NCBI GenBank assembly: GCA_965223505.1
Contig: CBDCWP010000043.1
Location: 73,014 to 137,013 of the forward strand
Length of the DNA: 64,000 bases
Origin: Planctomycetota bacterium
GTDB lineage: Bacteria; Planctomycetota; PLA2; JAEUHO01
Direction of reading: 5' to 3'
Part shown: positions 9,151-19,033 of the stretch, one piece after another
Layout: each line of letters opens with the position of its first letter
Numbering within the stretch: the stretch's first letter is position 1
The notes under the pieces: generated by a model
What the model saw: the letters and a program-made list of their open reading frames with translations, nothing else
What the model was told of the DNA's origin: nothing
Databases searched by the model: none
Made by a program: the position numbers and the translations under genes

Positions 9151-9291
9151 ATGCTGCGCTCAGTGGACGGCGCGAAGGGCGTCGACGCGGCGACGGCGTT
9201 GCAGCGTGCCCAAGCGCACGTTCGAGCGCAGAAGGCGTGGGCGCACCCGTACTACTGGGCCGCCTGGGTGTTGTTGGGCGCGTCTTCGTAG
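9151..9291 (+). pseudogene. C-terminal remnant of a CHAT (caspase-like) domain gene, 46 aa
   Basis: Manual translation MLRSVDGAKGVDAATALQRAQAHVRAQKAWAHPYYWAAWVLLGASS*. ALQRAQ..HPYYWAA.VL.G is the CHAT C-terminal signature. Confidence 0.7.
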
Positions 9292-9298
9292 CGAACCG

Positions 9299-11497
9299 CT
9301 ACTTGTCGTCCGGGGTCGTCAGCTCGACCTCCGCCGACGACACCGACGACGTATCGATCGCGCCGAGCACGACGCGCTTGCCTTCGCTGAGGATCGAGAG
9401 CTCGATCGTTCCCCGCGGGAGGCCGGCGAAGGCGAACGTCCCGAGCCGGACCGGCGCCGTCCACTCGATGCCGCGATGGCGTTCGTCCGTGGACGTCGCC
9501 CGGATCAGGCTCGCGTACCCCTTCAGCGAACCCGAGACGCGCACTCCGCGTTCGACGTGCAGGTCGACGTCGGCGCCTCGGCCGGCGACGGCGCGAACCG
9601 GCGGTCCCGACGGGTGGAAGGCCGAGTCCTGGCCGCCGGCGCGGAGACGAAACCTGTACGGACCGAGCATCGTGAAGGAGAAGCGACCCTCGCGGTCGGT
9701 CGTGACCATCTCGACGGTGCCGAGCGCGTCGGCCGGCGCGTCGATCGCCTCGGCCAGCACCGGAATGCCGTAGAGAACGGCCGATGCGTCGAGTCCGTGA
9801 ACCTGCCCGTGAAGCGAGTGCGAGCGCTGAAGCGTCAGCGTCACGGCCTCGCCGCCGGGCGCGGTGTTCTCGGCAAACGCGTCGAGGAAGCCTTCGATCT
9901 GCGTCTGAACGGTGTAGGTCCTGCGCTGATCCACCAGCCCGAACGTGTAGCGTCCGTTGCCGAGGAGTTCCGCGGATCGAGCGGACGGATCGTGATCGCT
10001 CGTGAGCCACACGCCGCTCCCCACGGAGACCGGCGTGCCGTCTTCATCCGCCAAGGTCACGTCCAGTCGCCGTCCGCGCGGCATCGTCAGCACGACCGCG
10101 TCGCCCACGGCGACGCGCGCGCTAGCGTTCGCGAAGCCCTCGTCGAGGCGTTCACCGGGCTGCGCCGCGTGCGCGCCCGCAAGGACGTACTCGCCGTCCT
10201 TCGGGACACCGACGAAGCGAAAGCGCCCCTCTTCGTCCAGCGTCGTCGTGCGGCGGTAGACCCGGCGGCTCTCCGCGGAATGCGCGTGAACCTCGATGTT
10301 TCCGGTCACGGCGTTCCCGAGGTCGTCGACGACGCGCCCCTCGATGACCGCGCCCGTTCGCACGGCGAGCTGCAATCCGTGCGAACCGCTCTCGACGCCG
10401 GTCCAGGAGTGCGGCAGAAGCACGGCGCCTTCGCCGTTCTCCCGCTGGTTCCTCGCATGGACGACGCGCAGGATGTACCGCGCCTTGTTCAGCCCGCGAA
10501 GGACGAATCGTCCGCCGCCATCCGTGCGGGTCGTGATCTCGGACGCACCCAGCGGGCGACCGATCTCGCGGGCCCCGATCAGGATGCCGGCGACCGGTGC
10601 GGCGTGCGTTGCCGGAAGCAGCCTGCCCGAGATCCCGTCCGCGTGTGCGACGACATCGCCGGGCGCCGGATCGACCTCCGTGTTCGCATTCGCCCCGTCG
10701 GGTTCGCCCGACGGCACGGCCCGTCCGGCAAGACCGGGCGTCGCGCGATCCGTTCCGGCCAACGTCGTCGCGCCGTCCTCGGTCGTCGTCGAGTGCGTTG
10801 TCGTCGTGTCGTCGCCGGATCGCGCGAAGCTCAGCACACCGAATCCGACCGCGACGGTCACGGCCGCCGCCGCCACGACCTTGAGCGCGCCGCCGTTCGA
10901 CGCGAACCAGCCTTGCGCCGCCGTCGCGCCGGTCGCGGTCGCCGTCTCGAAGACCCCGTGCGGCAGCAGCAGCGGTGTCAGCGCCGCCATCCACGCGCTG
11001 CGGCCCCCTTCGTGATTGCGGTCCAGCCGCTCGCGCAGCTTGGCGCGCGCGCGGGCCAGCCGCGACTTCACGGTCTCGATCGACACGCCCTGGGTCTCCG
11101 CGATCGAGCTAAGCGAACGACCCCCGACGTAGCGGAACAGCACCGTGCTGCGATACGGCTCGGACAGCGAGAGCACGGCGTGGGTGACGCGCTCGTGCGT
11201 CTCGGCGCGTTGGGCGAGCTGCTCGGCGGTCGCCTCTTCGAATGCGGGCTCATCGAGCGGCGCGCTCCGCACCTTGCGCGCGCGGCTCTTGTCGTACGCG
11301 ACGTTGCGCATCACCGTCGCCAGCCAGCCGCGGATCGAACGCCGGTGCCGCGGCGGCTTCCGGAGCGCGCGCAGCCAGACCTCTTGTTCGAGGTCGTCCG
11401 CACGGCTCTCGTCGCGGACGAGCTCGCGCGCGAGTCGCTTCAGCCAGCTGCGGTGCTGCAGCAGCTCGTCGAACGGAACCGGTGTGGCGTCAGCCAT
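9299..11497 (-). CDS. ECF sigma-70 factor with TM segment and extracytoplasmic carboxypeptidase-regulatory-like beta repeats
   Basis: ADDLEQEVWL, RGWLATVMRN, ETVKSRLARAR, then a TM helix and TDGGGRF / LDEEGRFRF / TDREGRFSF repeats. Confidence 0.8.
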   Translation of the reverse strand: MADATPVPFDELLQHRSWLKRLARELVRDESRADDLEQEVWLRALRKPPRHRRSIRGWLATVMRNVAYDKSRARKVRSAPLDEPAFEEATAEQLAQRAETHERVTHAVLSLSEPYRSTVLFRYVGGRSLSSIAETQGVSIETVKSRLARARAKLRERLDRNHEGGRSAWMAALTPLLLPHGVFETATATGATAAQGWFASNGGALKVVAAAAVTVAVGFGVLSFARSGDDTTTTHSTTTEDGATTLAGTDRATPGLAGRAVPSGEPDGANANTEVDPAPGDVVAHADGISGRLLPATHAAPVAGILIGAREIGRPLGASEITTRTDGGGRFVLRGLNKARYILRVVHARNQRENGEGAVLLPHSWTGVESGSHGLQLAVRTGAVIEGRVVDDLGNAVTGNIEVHAHSAESRRVYRRTTTLDEEGRFRFVGVPKDGEYVLAGAHAAQPGERLDEGFANASARVAVGDAVVLTMPRGRRLDVTLADEDGTPVSVGSGVWLTSDHDPSARSAELLGNGRYTFGLVDQRRTYTVQTQIEGFLDAFAENTAPGGEAVTLTLQRSHSLHGQVHGLDASAVLYGIPVLAEAIDAPADALGTVEMVTTDREGRFSFTMLGPYRFRLRAGGQDSAFHPSGPPVRAVAGRGADVDLHVERGVRVSGSLKGYASLIRATSTDERHRGIEWTAPVRLGTFAFAGLPRGTIELSILSEGKRVVLGAIDTSSVSSAEVELTTPDDK

Positions 11498-11538
11498 GAC
11501 TGTTCAAGTATGCACGGAACCGGATCGCCGGTCGGCGA

Positions 11539-12825
11539 TCAAGACCGATACAGACCGAGCTTCGTCTCCCGCGGCGTGTGGCCCTTGAAGAGCGACTTCG
11601 ACGGATGCAGCTTCAGGTGGTCGTACAGCACCTCGCGGAACACGTCGCGGAAGTCGGTCGTGACCTTCAGATCGCGCTGGTTCGCCGACAGATCCCAGTC
11701 GCCGTACACCCTCTTGCCGGCGATCTTCCCGCCGATCAGATACATGTTGCTGCCGTGGCCGTGATCGGTGCCGAAGTTGCCGTTCTCGCGGTTCGTGCGG
11801 CCGAACTCGGTCATCAGCATGAGGGTGACGTTGTTCTTCATGCCGTCGATGTCGCGCATGAACGTCTCGCACGCGAGCCCCATCTGCGTGAGCATGACGC
11901 GGATGCGGTCCTGCTCGGACGCCCCGCCCTCTTCGATGTGATGGTCCCAACCATTCCAGTCGATGGCGATGCACTGCACGCCCTGGCCCGACTTGAGCAC
12001 GCGCGCGGCGAGCTTGAGCTGCTGCCCGAGCCGGCCGGCGCCGGCGGGGTACGCCGTGACCTTGCCGCGCTCCTTCGTCTCGAGGATCTCCTCGAGCTTG
12101 CGCAGCGTTTCGATGGTCGTTCGACCGTTCTGGGTCAGCTCGTCCTCGTCGGGGCGGTTCTCCGTCATGCCCGGCCGCTTCATCGACGGCGGGCTGCCGT
12201 ACACCTCGTCGAACAGGTCGAGCACATCCTCCTCACCCCGGCGGCGTCCGCCTCTGAGCATCTGATCCGGCACTGCGAGCACCGGGTACTTCCCCCTCAT
12301 CGAGCGTGGCAGCCGGCCCTGCATGGCGACTGCCCGGAATTCGCCTTCGGCGCCGTCCGGACCGGACGTCGCCGACAGGAATCGGTTGAGCCATCCGTCG
12401 CGCACCGACTTGTCGCCCGGCGCGCCGTACTCCATGAAGTCCTGGCAGTCGAAGTGACTGCGTGACGGATGGTGCATGCCGACGTTGACGATCGGCGCCA
12501 GGAGGCCCTTGTCCCACAGCGTCTTGAAGCCCGTCAGCCCGGGGTTCAAGCCGAAGCGTCCGTCGAGGTCGATGGCCCCGTTCTCCTCGTTCGGCGGCGG
12601 CACCGCGATGTTCGGACGCATGTCGTAGTACTTGCCCTCGGTGTAGGGCACGAGCGTGTTCAGCGCGTCCTGCCCGCCCCGCAGGAACACCGCGACGACG
12701 GCCGGCTTCACCGCGATCTCCCGTTCGGGCGCAGCGGCGGCTCGCTTGGCCAGCGCGCCGTAGAACGTCATGCCGGCCAGTCCGGCGGCGCCTGCCGCCA
12801 ACAGCTCACGACGGGTGGATGCCAT
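11539..12825 (-). CDS. DUF1501 domain protein (Tat-like signal)
   Basis: AGGAG RBS, TRRELL, FLRGGQDALN, SRSHFDCQ, GWDHH, MTEFGRT..GTDHG, TTDFRDV. Confidence 0.85.
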   Translation of the reverse strand: MASTRRELLAAGAAGLAGMTFYGALAKRAAAAPEREIAVKPAVVAVFLRGGQDALNTLVPYTEGKYYDMRPNIAVPPPNEENGAIDLDGRFGLNPGLTGFKTLWDKGLLAPIVNVGMHHPSRSHFDCQDFMEYGAPGDKSVRDGWLNRFLSATSGPDGAEGEFRAVAMQGRLPRSMRGKYPVLAVPDQMLRGGRRRGEEDVLDLFDEVYGSPPSMKRPGMTENRPDEDELTQNGRTTIETLRKLEEILETKERGKVTAYPAGAGRLGQQLKLAARVLKSGQGVQCIAIDWNGWDHHIEEGGASEQDRIRVMLTQMGLACETFMRDIDGMKNNVTLMLMTEFGRTNRENGNFGTDHGHGSNMYLIGGKIAGKRVYGDWDLSANQRDLKVTTDFRDVFREVLYDHLKLHPSKSLFKGHTPRETKLGLYRS

Positions 12826-12848
12826 GTGAATCTCCTCTTGCGTAGCGT

Positions 12849-14490
12849 CTACTGGCGCTGGAACTCGGGCGAGCCCAGCAACAGCGTGACGAGCACGCTC
12901 AGCTCCTTGCGCAGCTCGTTCGGCCGCATCTTTCGGTACGTGGCGCCGAGCTTCGCGAGACGCTTGCGGAAGTGCGCGAGCGTCAGGGAGCCCGGGGGTT
13001 GGTTGGCGAAGACCGATTCGATCAACAGCGACTCCCAGGTGTCGGGCGTCTGCCGCGCGTGGTCCAGAATGCCGCTCTGCGACACGCGCACCCCGGCGAC
13101 CCGGTCGAAGAGCAGGTCGTACGCCAGCCGCCAGCGGACGGCCAGCACGCCGGGATCGATCCAATCGGCGGCGAGGTCGCTGTAGCCGGTCGGGTCCTCG
13201 CACGAGTAGATCGGCTGCTGCATGTCCGTGAGCCGTTCGAGCAGCATGCCCGCGTCCTTGACGTCGGCGTCGGCGACGCGCAGGCAGCTGATGACGAACT
13301 CGAACGGGGTCTTCGACTTCGAGAGCACGGCTTCCCTCGCGTAGAAGTCGTCGTGCAGCAGGATGGCGCGGGTCACCTCTTTGAGGTCGCCTTTGGTCTT
13401 GGCCCACACCTTGACCACGTCGGCGACGAGCTTGGATGTCGGCTCGTCCCTTGGCCAGGTAGCGCGCCATCTTGCTCACCACGAACTCCCGCGTGTTCTT
13501 GTGCCGCGCGAGATGACGAACGGCGTCTTCGCCCTCTTCGATGCCACCGCTCTTGAACGTGCGCCGCATGACGCGCTTCGAACCCTGCGCGTGGTAGTTC
13601 CCGCGGAAGAGGAACCGGCCGTCCTGGATCGACCAGCCCGTGAGCAGCAGCGAGAGCTGGATGACGTCGTTCTGGTCGTAGCCGTTGTCGACGCCGACGG
13701 TGTGAAGCTCCATGAGCTCGCGGGCGTAGTTTTCGTTCAGACCGTTCGTTCGATCTTCGTCGCGGCCTTGCAGGACACGCTGCCCACGCGCCAGCGGCGC
13801 CTGGGACACGTGGTTGTCGAGATAGAAGAGCATCGCCGGGTGCTTCGCCGTCGCCATGAGGAACGTCTCGAAGTCGCCGAAGACGTGCTTGCGGAGCACT
13901 TCGCGTTCCCAGTCGGCGATGTGGTACCGAACGGCGCCCTTGTTGACGTCGACGTTGAAGTGATTGCGCCAGAAGTCGACCATGACCTCCTGGAGCTGAC
14001 GTTCGCTGTAGACCGCGCGCAAGATGACGGCGCGTGGAATCTCGCGCCGCGCAAGGTCCTGGATGCGATTGATCTCGCGTTGGCGCATGCGCGCGAGCGC
14101 GACGCGGTCCTCGCCTTCGCCGGGGGGCCGGACGGGCGGCACGTCTTCGCGCAGCATCCGGATGAAGTCGGCCCCGTCGAGCTTGAGGCTCTCGAACGAC
14201 GCGAGGCGCTGGTCGACGACCGGATCGGGAATGCGCGACGGCTTGAGCTGGCGGTCGATCCAGCCTTCGATGCCCAGCTCGCGCACCTCGGCGACGTCCC
14301 GGGGACGCGGGCCGAACGTGGCCCGGCGCAGGAGGTGGCGGATGCGCGCCTCGGAGCCCCGATCCGACGTGACCGTGCCGTCCGCGGCTGCGCGGCGGGC
14401 GCCGACTGCGACCGCCGTAAGTCCGGCTGCGACAAGCGGTAGGGCCCTGCGCCCGCGCGTGCTCGGGGATGTCCCGTCCTCGGTGTTCAC
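12849..14490 (-). CDS. DUF1800 domain protein with a 1-nt frameshift at ~13449
   Basis: HLLRRATFG, FWRNHFNV, HPAMLFYLDN, NENYARELMELHTVG in one frame; KSKTPFE, PTGY, LLGSPEFQRQ in another. Deleting one G from AAGGGAC gives RYLAKDEPTSKLVADVVKVW. Confidence 0.85.
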
Positions 14491-14513
14491 ACAAGAGAAA
14501 CGGACGAGGCGAC

Positions 14514-14543
14514 CCCGCGGGTGCAGCGAACTGCACCCGCGGG
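14514..14543. repeat. Perfect 13-bp GC-rich hairpin (possible terminator or mRNA stabiliser after the NmrA-like gene)
   Basis: CCCGCGGGTGCAG-CGAA-CTGCACCCGCGGG; TTCG loop on the minus strand; no U-tract. Confidence 0.55.
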
Positions 14544-14557
14544 CAGGGGCGGGCGTG

Positions 14558-15463
14558 CTAGCGGGCCGGCGGCAGCACGAAGGCGCCCGCGAACGCCTCG
14601 CGATGGGCACGCACGAACGACGCCAGCGACTGCGCGGGCGCGCCGGTCACGCGCTCCACCGTATCGGTCCGGACGTCGAAGACGCCGTCCTTGTGGTCCT
14701 GGGCGACGTGCTCGAGGTGCGCGACGAGGTACGCCGGCAGGCCCTTGCGGCGAAGGACCCCGCCCCACATGTCGATGGGCAGCTCCACGTACTCGACGGC
14801 CGAGCCGGTCTCCGCCGTCAGCACCTGCGTCATCTCCGCGATCGTCAGGTTGTCGGGGCCGGTCAGGACGAGTCGCTCGCCGAGGTAGGGTCCGGGGTTC
14901 TCGAGCAACGCGACGACGACCCGCGCGATGTCGGACGCCGCCACGGGAGCGTGCCGTTCGTCCCCGTACGGCAGGTACAGCTTGCCTTCGCTCGCGATGC
15001 TCTCCACCCCGAACATCAGCAGGTTCTCGGCGAAGTACGTCGGACGGATGTGGATCGCGCCGACGCCGGCCCAGTCGAACACGTTCTCGGAAAGCCAGTG
15101 GGCCCTGGTGAGCGGGCTCGGAGCGTCGTCGCGCGAGGTCAGCTGCGACATGTTCACGACGGCGTCGACGCCGGCCTCCTTGGCCGCCACGGCGAAGATC
15201 GCCGACGCGTCCACCAGCCGGTCGCCCTGGGGCGGATAGCAGAAGTAGGCGCGACGAACGCCTTGCATGGCATCGCGAATCGAAGCGAGGTCGGTGAAGT
15301 TGCCGACGACGATCTCGGCGCCGCGTTCGGCGAGTCGCTCGGAGCGTTCGTCGTGCTGGCGCACCATGGCGCGGACGGGGAAGCCGCGCTCGAGCAGCTG
15401 CGCGACGACCAACGCACCGGTCTTGCCTGCGGCGCCGGAAACGAGAATCGGGGGGTTCGACAT
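14558..15463 (-). CDS. NmrA-like NAD(P)H-binding protein (atypical SDR)
   Basis: ILVSGAAGKTG Rossmann motif, IRPTYFAEN, APVAASDIA. AGGAG RBS. Confidence 0.85.
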   Translation of the reverse strand: MSNPPILVSGAAGKTGALVVAQLLERGFPVRAMVRQHDERSERLAERGAEIVVGNFTDLASIRDAMQGVRRAYFCYPPQGDRLVDASAIFAVAAKEAGVDAVVNMSQLTSRDDAPSPLTRAHWLSENVFDWAGVGAIHIRPTYFAENLLMFGVESIASEGKLYLPYGDERHAPVAASDIARVVVALLENPGPYLGERLVLTGPDNLTIAEMTQVLTAETGSAVEYVELPIDMWGGVLRRKGLPAYLVAHLEHVAQDHKDGVFDVRTDTVERVTGAPAQSLASFVRAHREAFAGAFVLPPAR

Positions 15464-15475
15464 GGGAGACTCCTT

Positions 15476-15491
15476 TGTTGTATATACAACT
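15476..15491. promoter_or_regulatory. Putative MarR operator, copy 1
   Basis: Palindrome GTTGTATATACAAC inside the 16-mer TGTTGTATATACAACT, just upstream of the NmrA-like gene RBS. Confidence 0.75.
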
Positions 15492-15528
15492 AGAATGAGA
15501 AAAAAGGGGATTGATGAAAGGGGGGAGG

Positions 15529-15990
15529 TCAGACGTCGCTGCCGCGGCGCCAAGCTGCGTTTGCTGCCTCGCTCACGGCCTTCGTGCCTTGCGTCCCGAG
15601 CAGCGCGCGCGCCTCGGACTGCGCCTTGCGCCACGCGGGGCCCGCCTTCTCGAGCAGCCTCCGGCCCTTGGCCAGGAGCGAGAGTTGCTGTTGGTTGCCG
15701 GACGCCGCTTGGCGGGCGGCGAGCCAGCCCTGCTTGCGCATGCGCTCGACGGTGCGGCTCATCGTCGACTTCTCGATGTTCAGGAGCGACGCGACGGCGC
15801 CGGGCGCGATGGGGCCGCGGCGCGCGATGACGGCGAGGATGCTCATCTGGCCGGCCGTGAGCCCGACCGGGGCGAGCGCCTTGTTGTAGATGCCCGTGAT
15901 CGTGCGGCTCAGCACCCGCGTACGCAGCGCGATGCAGCCGGCGCTCATCTCCGCCGCAAGCTTCTCGATGTCGGGGGGCCTGCCTGTCAT
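15529..15990 (-). CDS. MarR family transcriptional regulator
   Basis: CIALRTRVLSRTITGIYNKALAPVGLTAGQMSIL..EKSTMSRTVERM..GW..KGRRLL. Confidence 0.9.
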   Translation of the reverse strand: MTGRPPDIEKLAAEMSAGCIALRTRVLSRTITGIYNKALAPVGLTAGQMSILAVIARRGPIAPGAVASLLNIEKSTMSRTVERMRKQGWLAARQAASGNQQQLSLLAKGRRLLEKAGPAWRKAQSEARALLGTQGTKAVSEAANAAWRRGSDV

Positions 15991-16003
15991 GGTTGCCTCG
16001 TAG

Positions 16004-16019
16004 TGTTGTATATACAACT
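16004..16019. promoter_or_regulatory. Putative MarR operator, copy 2
   Basis: Identical 16-mer TGTTGTATATACAACT just upstream of the marR start. Confidence 0.75.
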
Positions 16020-16137
16020 GATGCGTCCCGAGGCGAGGGGGTTTCCGGTTTTCGAGAATTCGTGCCCGCGTTCCCGTGGGCGCGGCGTCCAGCGCGTGCG
16101 TGGTACCCTGCGCGGCCCGCACGGCAGGTGGCCATCG

Positions 16138-17619
16138 ATGTTTGCAAGACCGCTTCGCAGAACGGCTTGGGTGCTGGTCGCGCTGTGCGCCGGCGCCGTG
16201 CCGGCCGGCGCCGAAGAGGACCTCGACGCGCGCTGGCAACGCCTGCGCAAGGCGTCCATGGAGCGCGTTCACGAGCTCATCGCCTGGTGTGGGACGAAGA
16301 AGCTGTTCGGCTGCCGGGCCGACGCTTGCGAAGGGGTCCTGACGATCGCGCCCGACGACCCGATCGCCCGCAAGTGGCTCAAGTACAGGCGCGCCAACGA
16401 CGGCACGTGGTACCGCAAGGGAAAGTGGACGCGCCCGCGGAATCTCTCGAAAGGGCAGGACAAGTTCGAACAGCGCCGCGAGGAGCTCGGCGAGTGGTAT
16501 CTCAGAGAAGCTGCGCCGATCTTGGACGAAGCCGAGGAAGAGGGGGCATTCCGCCTGCGCGCCAAGCTCATCGCCACCGCGTTGGCCGTCGATCCGGAGA
16601 GTGCGACCTTCAGGGACTGGAATCACGAGGTGCGCGACGGGGACGAGTGGATCCTGCTCGAGACCCGGAACGCCCGCACGCGCCGCAAGGGACTCAAGGA
16701 GACCGCCGAGAAAGCGATCGAGGCCGTGCCCAAGCCCTCCTGGGTCGCGGCGCGAGTCGAGGACAAGATCGGCGGAGTCAAGTGGTCCGCGGTTCTCGCG
16801 GTCCCCCGGGTACGGGTTCTCGGAACGCCACCGAGCGCCGAGCTCGCGGAGACTCTTCGTTTCGTCGACGCTTCGTGGCCGGTGGTCGAGTACGCGGTCG
16901 GGCTCCGCGCGCCCGGCTACGGAGCCTCCGGCAAGTATGCCGAAGCGGTGACGATCTACTCGTTCGACAGTGTTCTGGAGGGTAATCGCTTCTATGCGAA
17001 GCAGCCCGGCGTCACTGCGCGCGACGTCGAATTCACAGCGGAAACATGTGGGTCCTGGCTGCCGGGCCGCGATGCGGCAATGGCCAAGGCCGAAGATGAG
17101 GCGACGAGACACGAGGCGGCCACGACGCAGGTCGTCAGCCACCACCTCGCCCGCCTCTTGGGCTTGGGCGTTCGCCACGCGTGGATCGCGGAAGGAATGG
17201 GGATCTACCTGACGTGGCAGATCACTGGCACGCGCATGCTGTATAGCGTCAACGACGTCGAGTCGAAGTATGCGGAGAAGGACAAGCCGATTCCGGAGTA
17301 CGAAGAGCGCATGAGCGACGGCAAGGCGAGCTGGCTAGCGCTGGGGCGTGCGCTGCTCAAGAGCGAAGACAAGCCGGAAGTCCACCTCATGACGGGCAAG
17401 AACTTCAACGACCTCACGAAACCCGAGGTGCTGTATGCGTACTGCGTGTCCGCCTATGTCGTCGAGGGGTGGCCGGAGAAGGCCGCAGCGTTCCTGCGCG
17501 AGGCCGGCGGCCGCGACGGCAACGACCTCGACCTCGTCTGTCTGAAGGCCCTGGGGTTCGACGCGGCCACGTTCGAAGCGCGGCTGCTGCGTTGGCTTCG
17601 CGAGACCCGGCGGCTATGA
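16138..17619 (+). CDS. Secreted hypothetical protein, degenerate zincin/DUF1570-like C-terminus
   Basis: Signal peptide (AGA-EE). AWIAEGMGIYL and YAYCVSAYVVE resemble the DUF1570-like tail, but HExxH is absent. Confidence 0.6.
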   Translation: MFARPLRRTAWVLVALCAGAVPAGAEEDLDARWQRLRKASMERVHELIAWCGTKKLFGCRADACEGVLTIAPDDPIARKWLKYRRANDGTWYRKGKWTRPRNLSKGQDKFEQRREELGEWYLREAAPILDEAEEEGAFRLRAKLIATALAVDPESATFRDWNHEVRDGDEWILLETRNARTRRKGLKETAEKAIEAVPKPSWVAARVEDKIGGVKWSAVLAVPRVRVLGTPPSAELAETLRFVDASWPVVEYAVGLRAPGYGASGKYAEAVTIYSFDSVLEGNRFYAKQPGVTARDVEFTAETCGSWLPGRDAAMAKAEDEATRHEAATTQVVSHHLARLLGLGVRHAWIAEGMGIYLTWQITGTRMLYSVNDVESKYAEKDKPIPEYEERMSDGKASWLALGRALLKSEDKPEVHLMTGKNFNDLTKPEVLYAYCVSAYVVEGWPEKAAAFLREAGGRDGNDLDLVCLKALGFDAATFEARLLRWLRETRRL

Positions 17620-17644
17620 GCCGGCGTCGCCGGCACGATCTGTC

Positions 17645-18973
17645 CTAGCTGCCCGAAGGCGGCGCTCCGGCCGAGCACGCCGGGGGAACGTTTGCGGCGC
17701 AGGTGCCGCCAGGTGCCACGCCGGCATCGAGCGTCGAGCGGTTCCACGGCGCCTTGGCGAGCAGCAGCCCCATCCCGCACCAGTCCGTGACGCCCGCGAA
17801 GATCTGGCCGGCGCCGATGAACGCGGCCATCGCGATGAAGGCCGGATGCACGAAGAGGCTCAGCGCGACGCCCGTGAGAACCAGCGATCCGGCAACGATC
17901 CGCACCTGCCGCTCGAGCGACATGCGCTCGCCGGTCTGCAGCGTCTGGCCGCCGGCGGATCGATACGCCTCGATGCCGCCCTCGATCACGCTCGTGCCCG
18001 CGATGCCCAACTCGCTCAACAGCTTTTGCGCCATCGCCGCGCGGCTGCCCGTGCGGCAGATGATGAGACGCGGCGCCGGCGTCGCCCTCACCTCGTCCGC
18101 GCGAGCCTTGATCTGATCCAACGGAACGAGGCGTGAGCCCTCGACGCGTTCGCTCTCGAACTCCATGCCCGTGCGTACGTCGATCACGCTGCTCGCGCCG
18201 CCGTCGTTGACCAGTGCAGTCGTCTCGGCTGCCGAGATGCGCTCGGGAATGTCGACACCGTTGCGGTTGAGCTCGAGCAAAGCGTCCATGTTGGCGGGAC
18301 GCGGCGGCTTGTTGGCGCTGAGCTGAGCGGCGAACGTGGCGCGATCGTCGATCGCAAGCCACGGGTTCGAGGCGCGCTCCTCGCCGATCGTGCTCTCGAT
18401 CCGGCCCTCGTAGTCGTGCCCAGGGTAGAGGATCGTCTCGTCCGGCAGGTCCTGCAGGATCGCGTGAATCGAGTCGAAGAGCTGCCCGGCGTCGCCGCCG
18501 AGGAAGTCCGTGCGCGCGACGCCGCCGATGAACAGCGTGTCGCCGGCGAACAACACGCCTTCGCTGAGCAACACGATGTGGTCGGGCGTGTGGCCCGGCG
18601 CGTGACGCACCGTCACGGCCGTGTCGCCCAGGTGCAGCGCCTCGCCGTCGGCAGGGTGGCGCGCCACGCCGACGTGCTGCGCGAGCTCGTGGGCGATCCG
18701 CGTCGAGCCGAAGCGTTCGGCGACCGCGCCTGCGCCGGACGGATGGTCGGCATGGGTGTGCGTGTCGACGACGTAGGGCAGGGTCCAGCCCTCGGCCTCG
18801 ACGCGCGCGATGACGTCGTCGACGAGGTCGAGGTGGACGTCGATTGCGAGCGCCTGCTTGCTGGCCGGATCCGCGGCGAGATAGGTGCGGCAGCCCTGGG
18901 GGTGGGCGAGCGCGGCGATCCGAAGCGCGCCGACGGCCTTGGCGGGCTCCGGCTTCAGGGTCGTGGTGGTCAT
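17645..18973 (-). CDS. MBL-fold persulfide dioxygenase-like domain fused to rhodanese and DUF2892 (YgaP-like) membrane domain
   Basis: DTHTHADHPSG, PGHTPDH, GVARTDF, YPGHDY; DVRT..EF, ICRTGSRA; SLERQVRIVAG, GVTDWCGMG.LL.K.PWN. Confidence 0.85.
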   Translation of the reverse strand: MTTTTLKPEPAKAVGALRIAALAHPQGCRTYLAADPASKQALAIDVHLDLVDDVIARVEAEGWTLPYVVDTHTHADHPSGAGAVAERFGSTRIAHELAQHVGVARHPADGEALHLGDTAVTVRHAPGHTPDHIVLLSEGVLFAGDTLFIGGVARTDFLGGDAGQLFDSIHAILQDLPDETILYPGHDYEGRIESTIGEERASNPWLAIDDRATFAAQLSANKPPRPANMDALLELNRNGVDIPERISAAETTALVNDGGASSVIDVRTGMEFESERVEGSRLVPLDQIKARADEVRATPAPRLIICRTGSRAAMAQKLLSELGIAGTSVIEGGIEAYRSAGGQTLQTGERMSLERQVRIVAGSLVLTGVALSLFVHPAFIAMAAFIGAGQIFAGVTDWCGMGLLLAKAPWNRSTLDAGVAPGGTCAANVPPACSAGAPPSGS

Positions 18974-19005
18974 CTGTCGTCTCTCCCGATGTGATCCCTT
19001 GTATT

Positions 19006-19023
19006 TATGAACATTTGCTCATA
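19006..19023. promoter_or_regulatory. Putative ArsR operator between divergent genes
   Basis: TATGAACA-TT-TGCTCATA: 8-2-8 inverted repeat with one mismatch, in an AT-rich spacer. Confidence 0.6.
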
Positions 19024-19033
19024 TAGTCAAGAA

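Noticed and set aside
11539..14610. 1023-aa DUF1800-DUF1501 fusion ORF
   Set aside because: Artefact of the frameshift at ~13449. The middle part is Arg-rich off-frame sequence and the DUF1501 gene has its own RBS and ATG at 12825.
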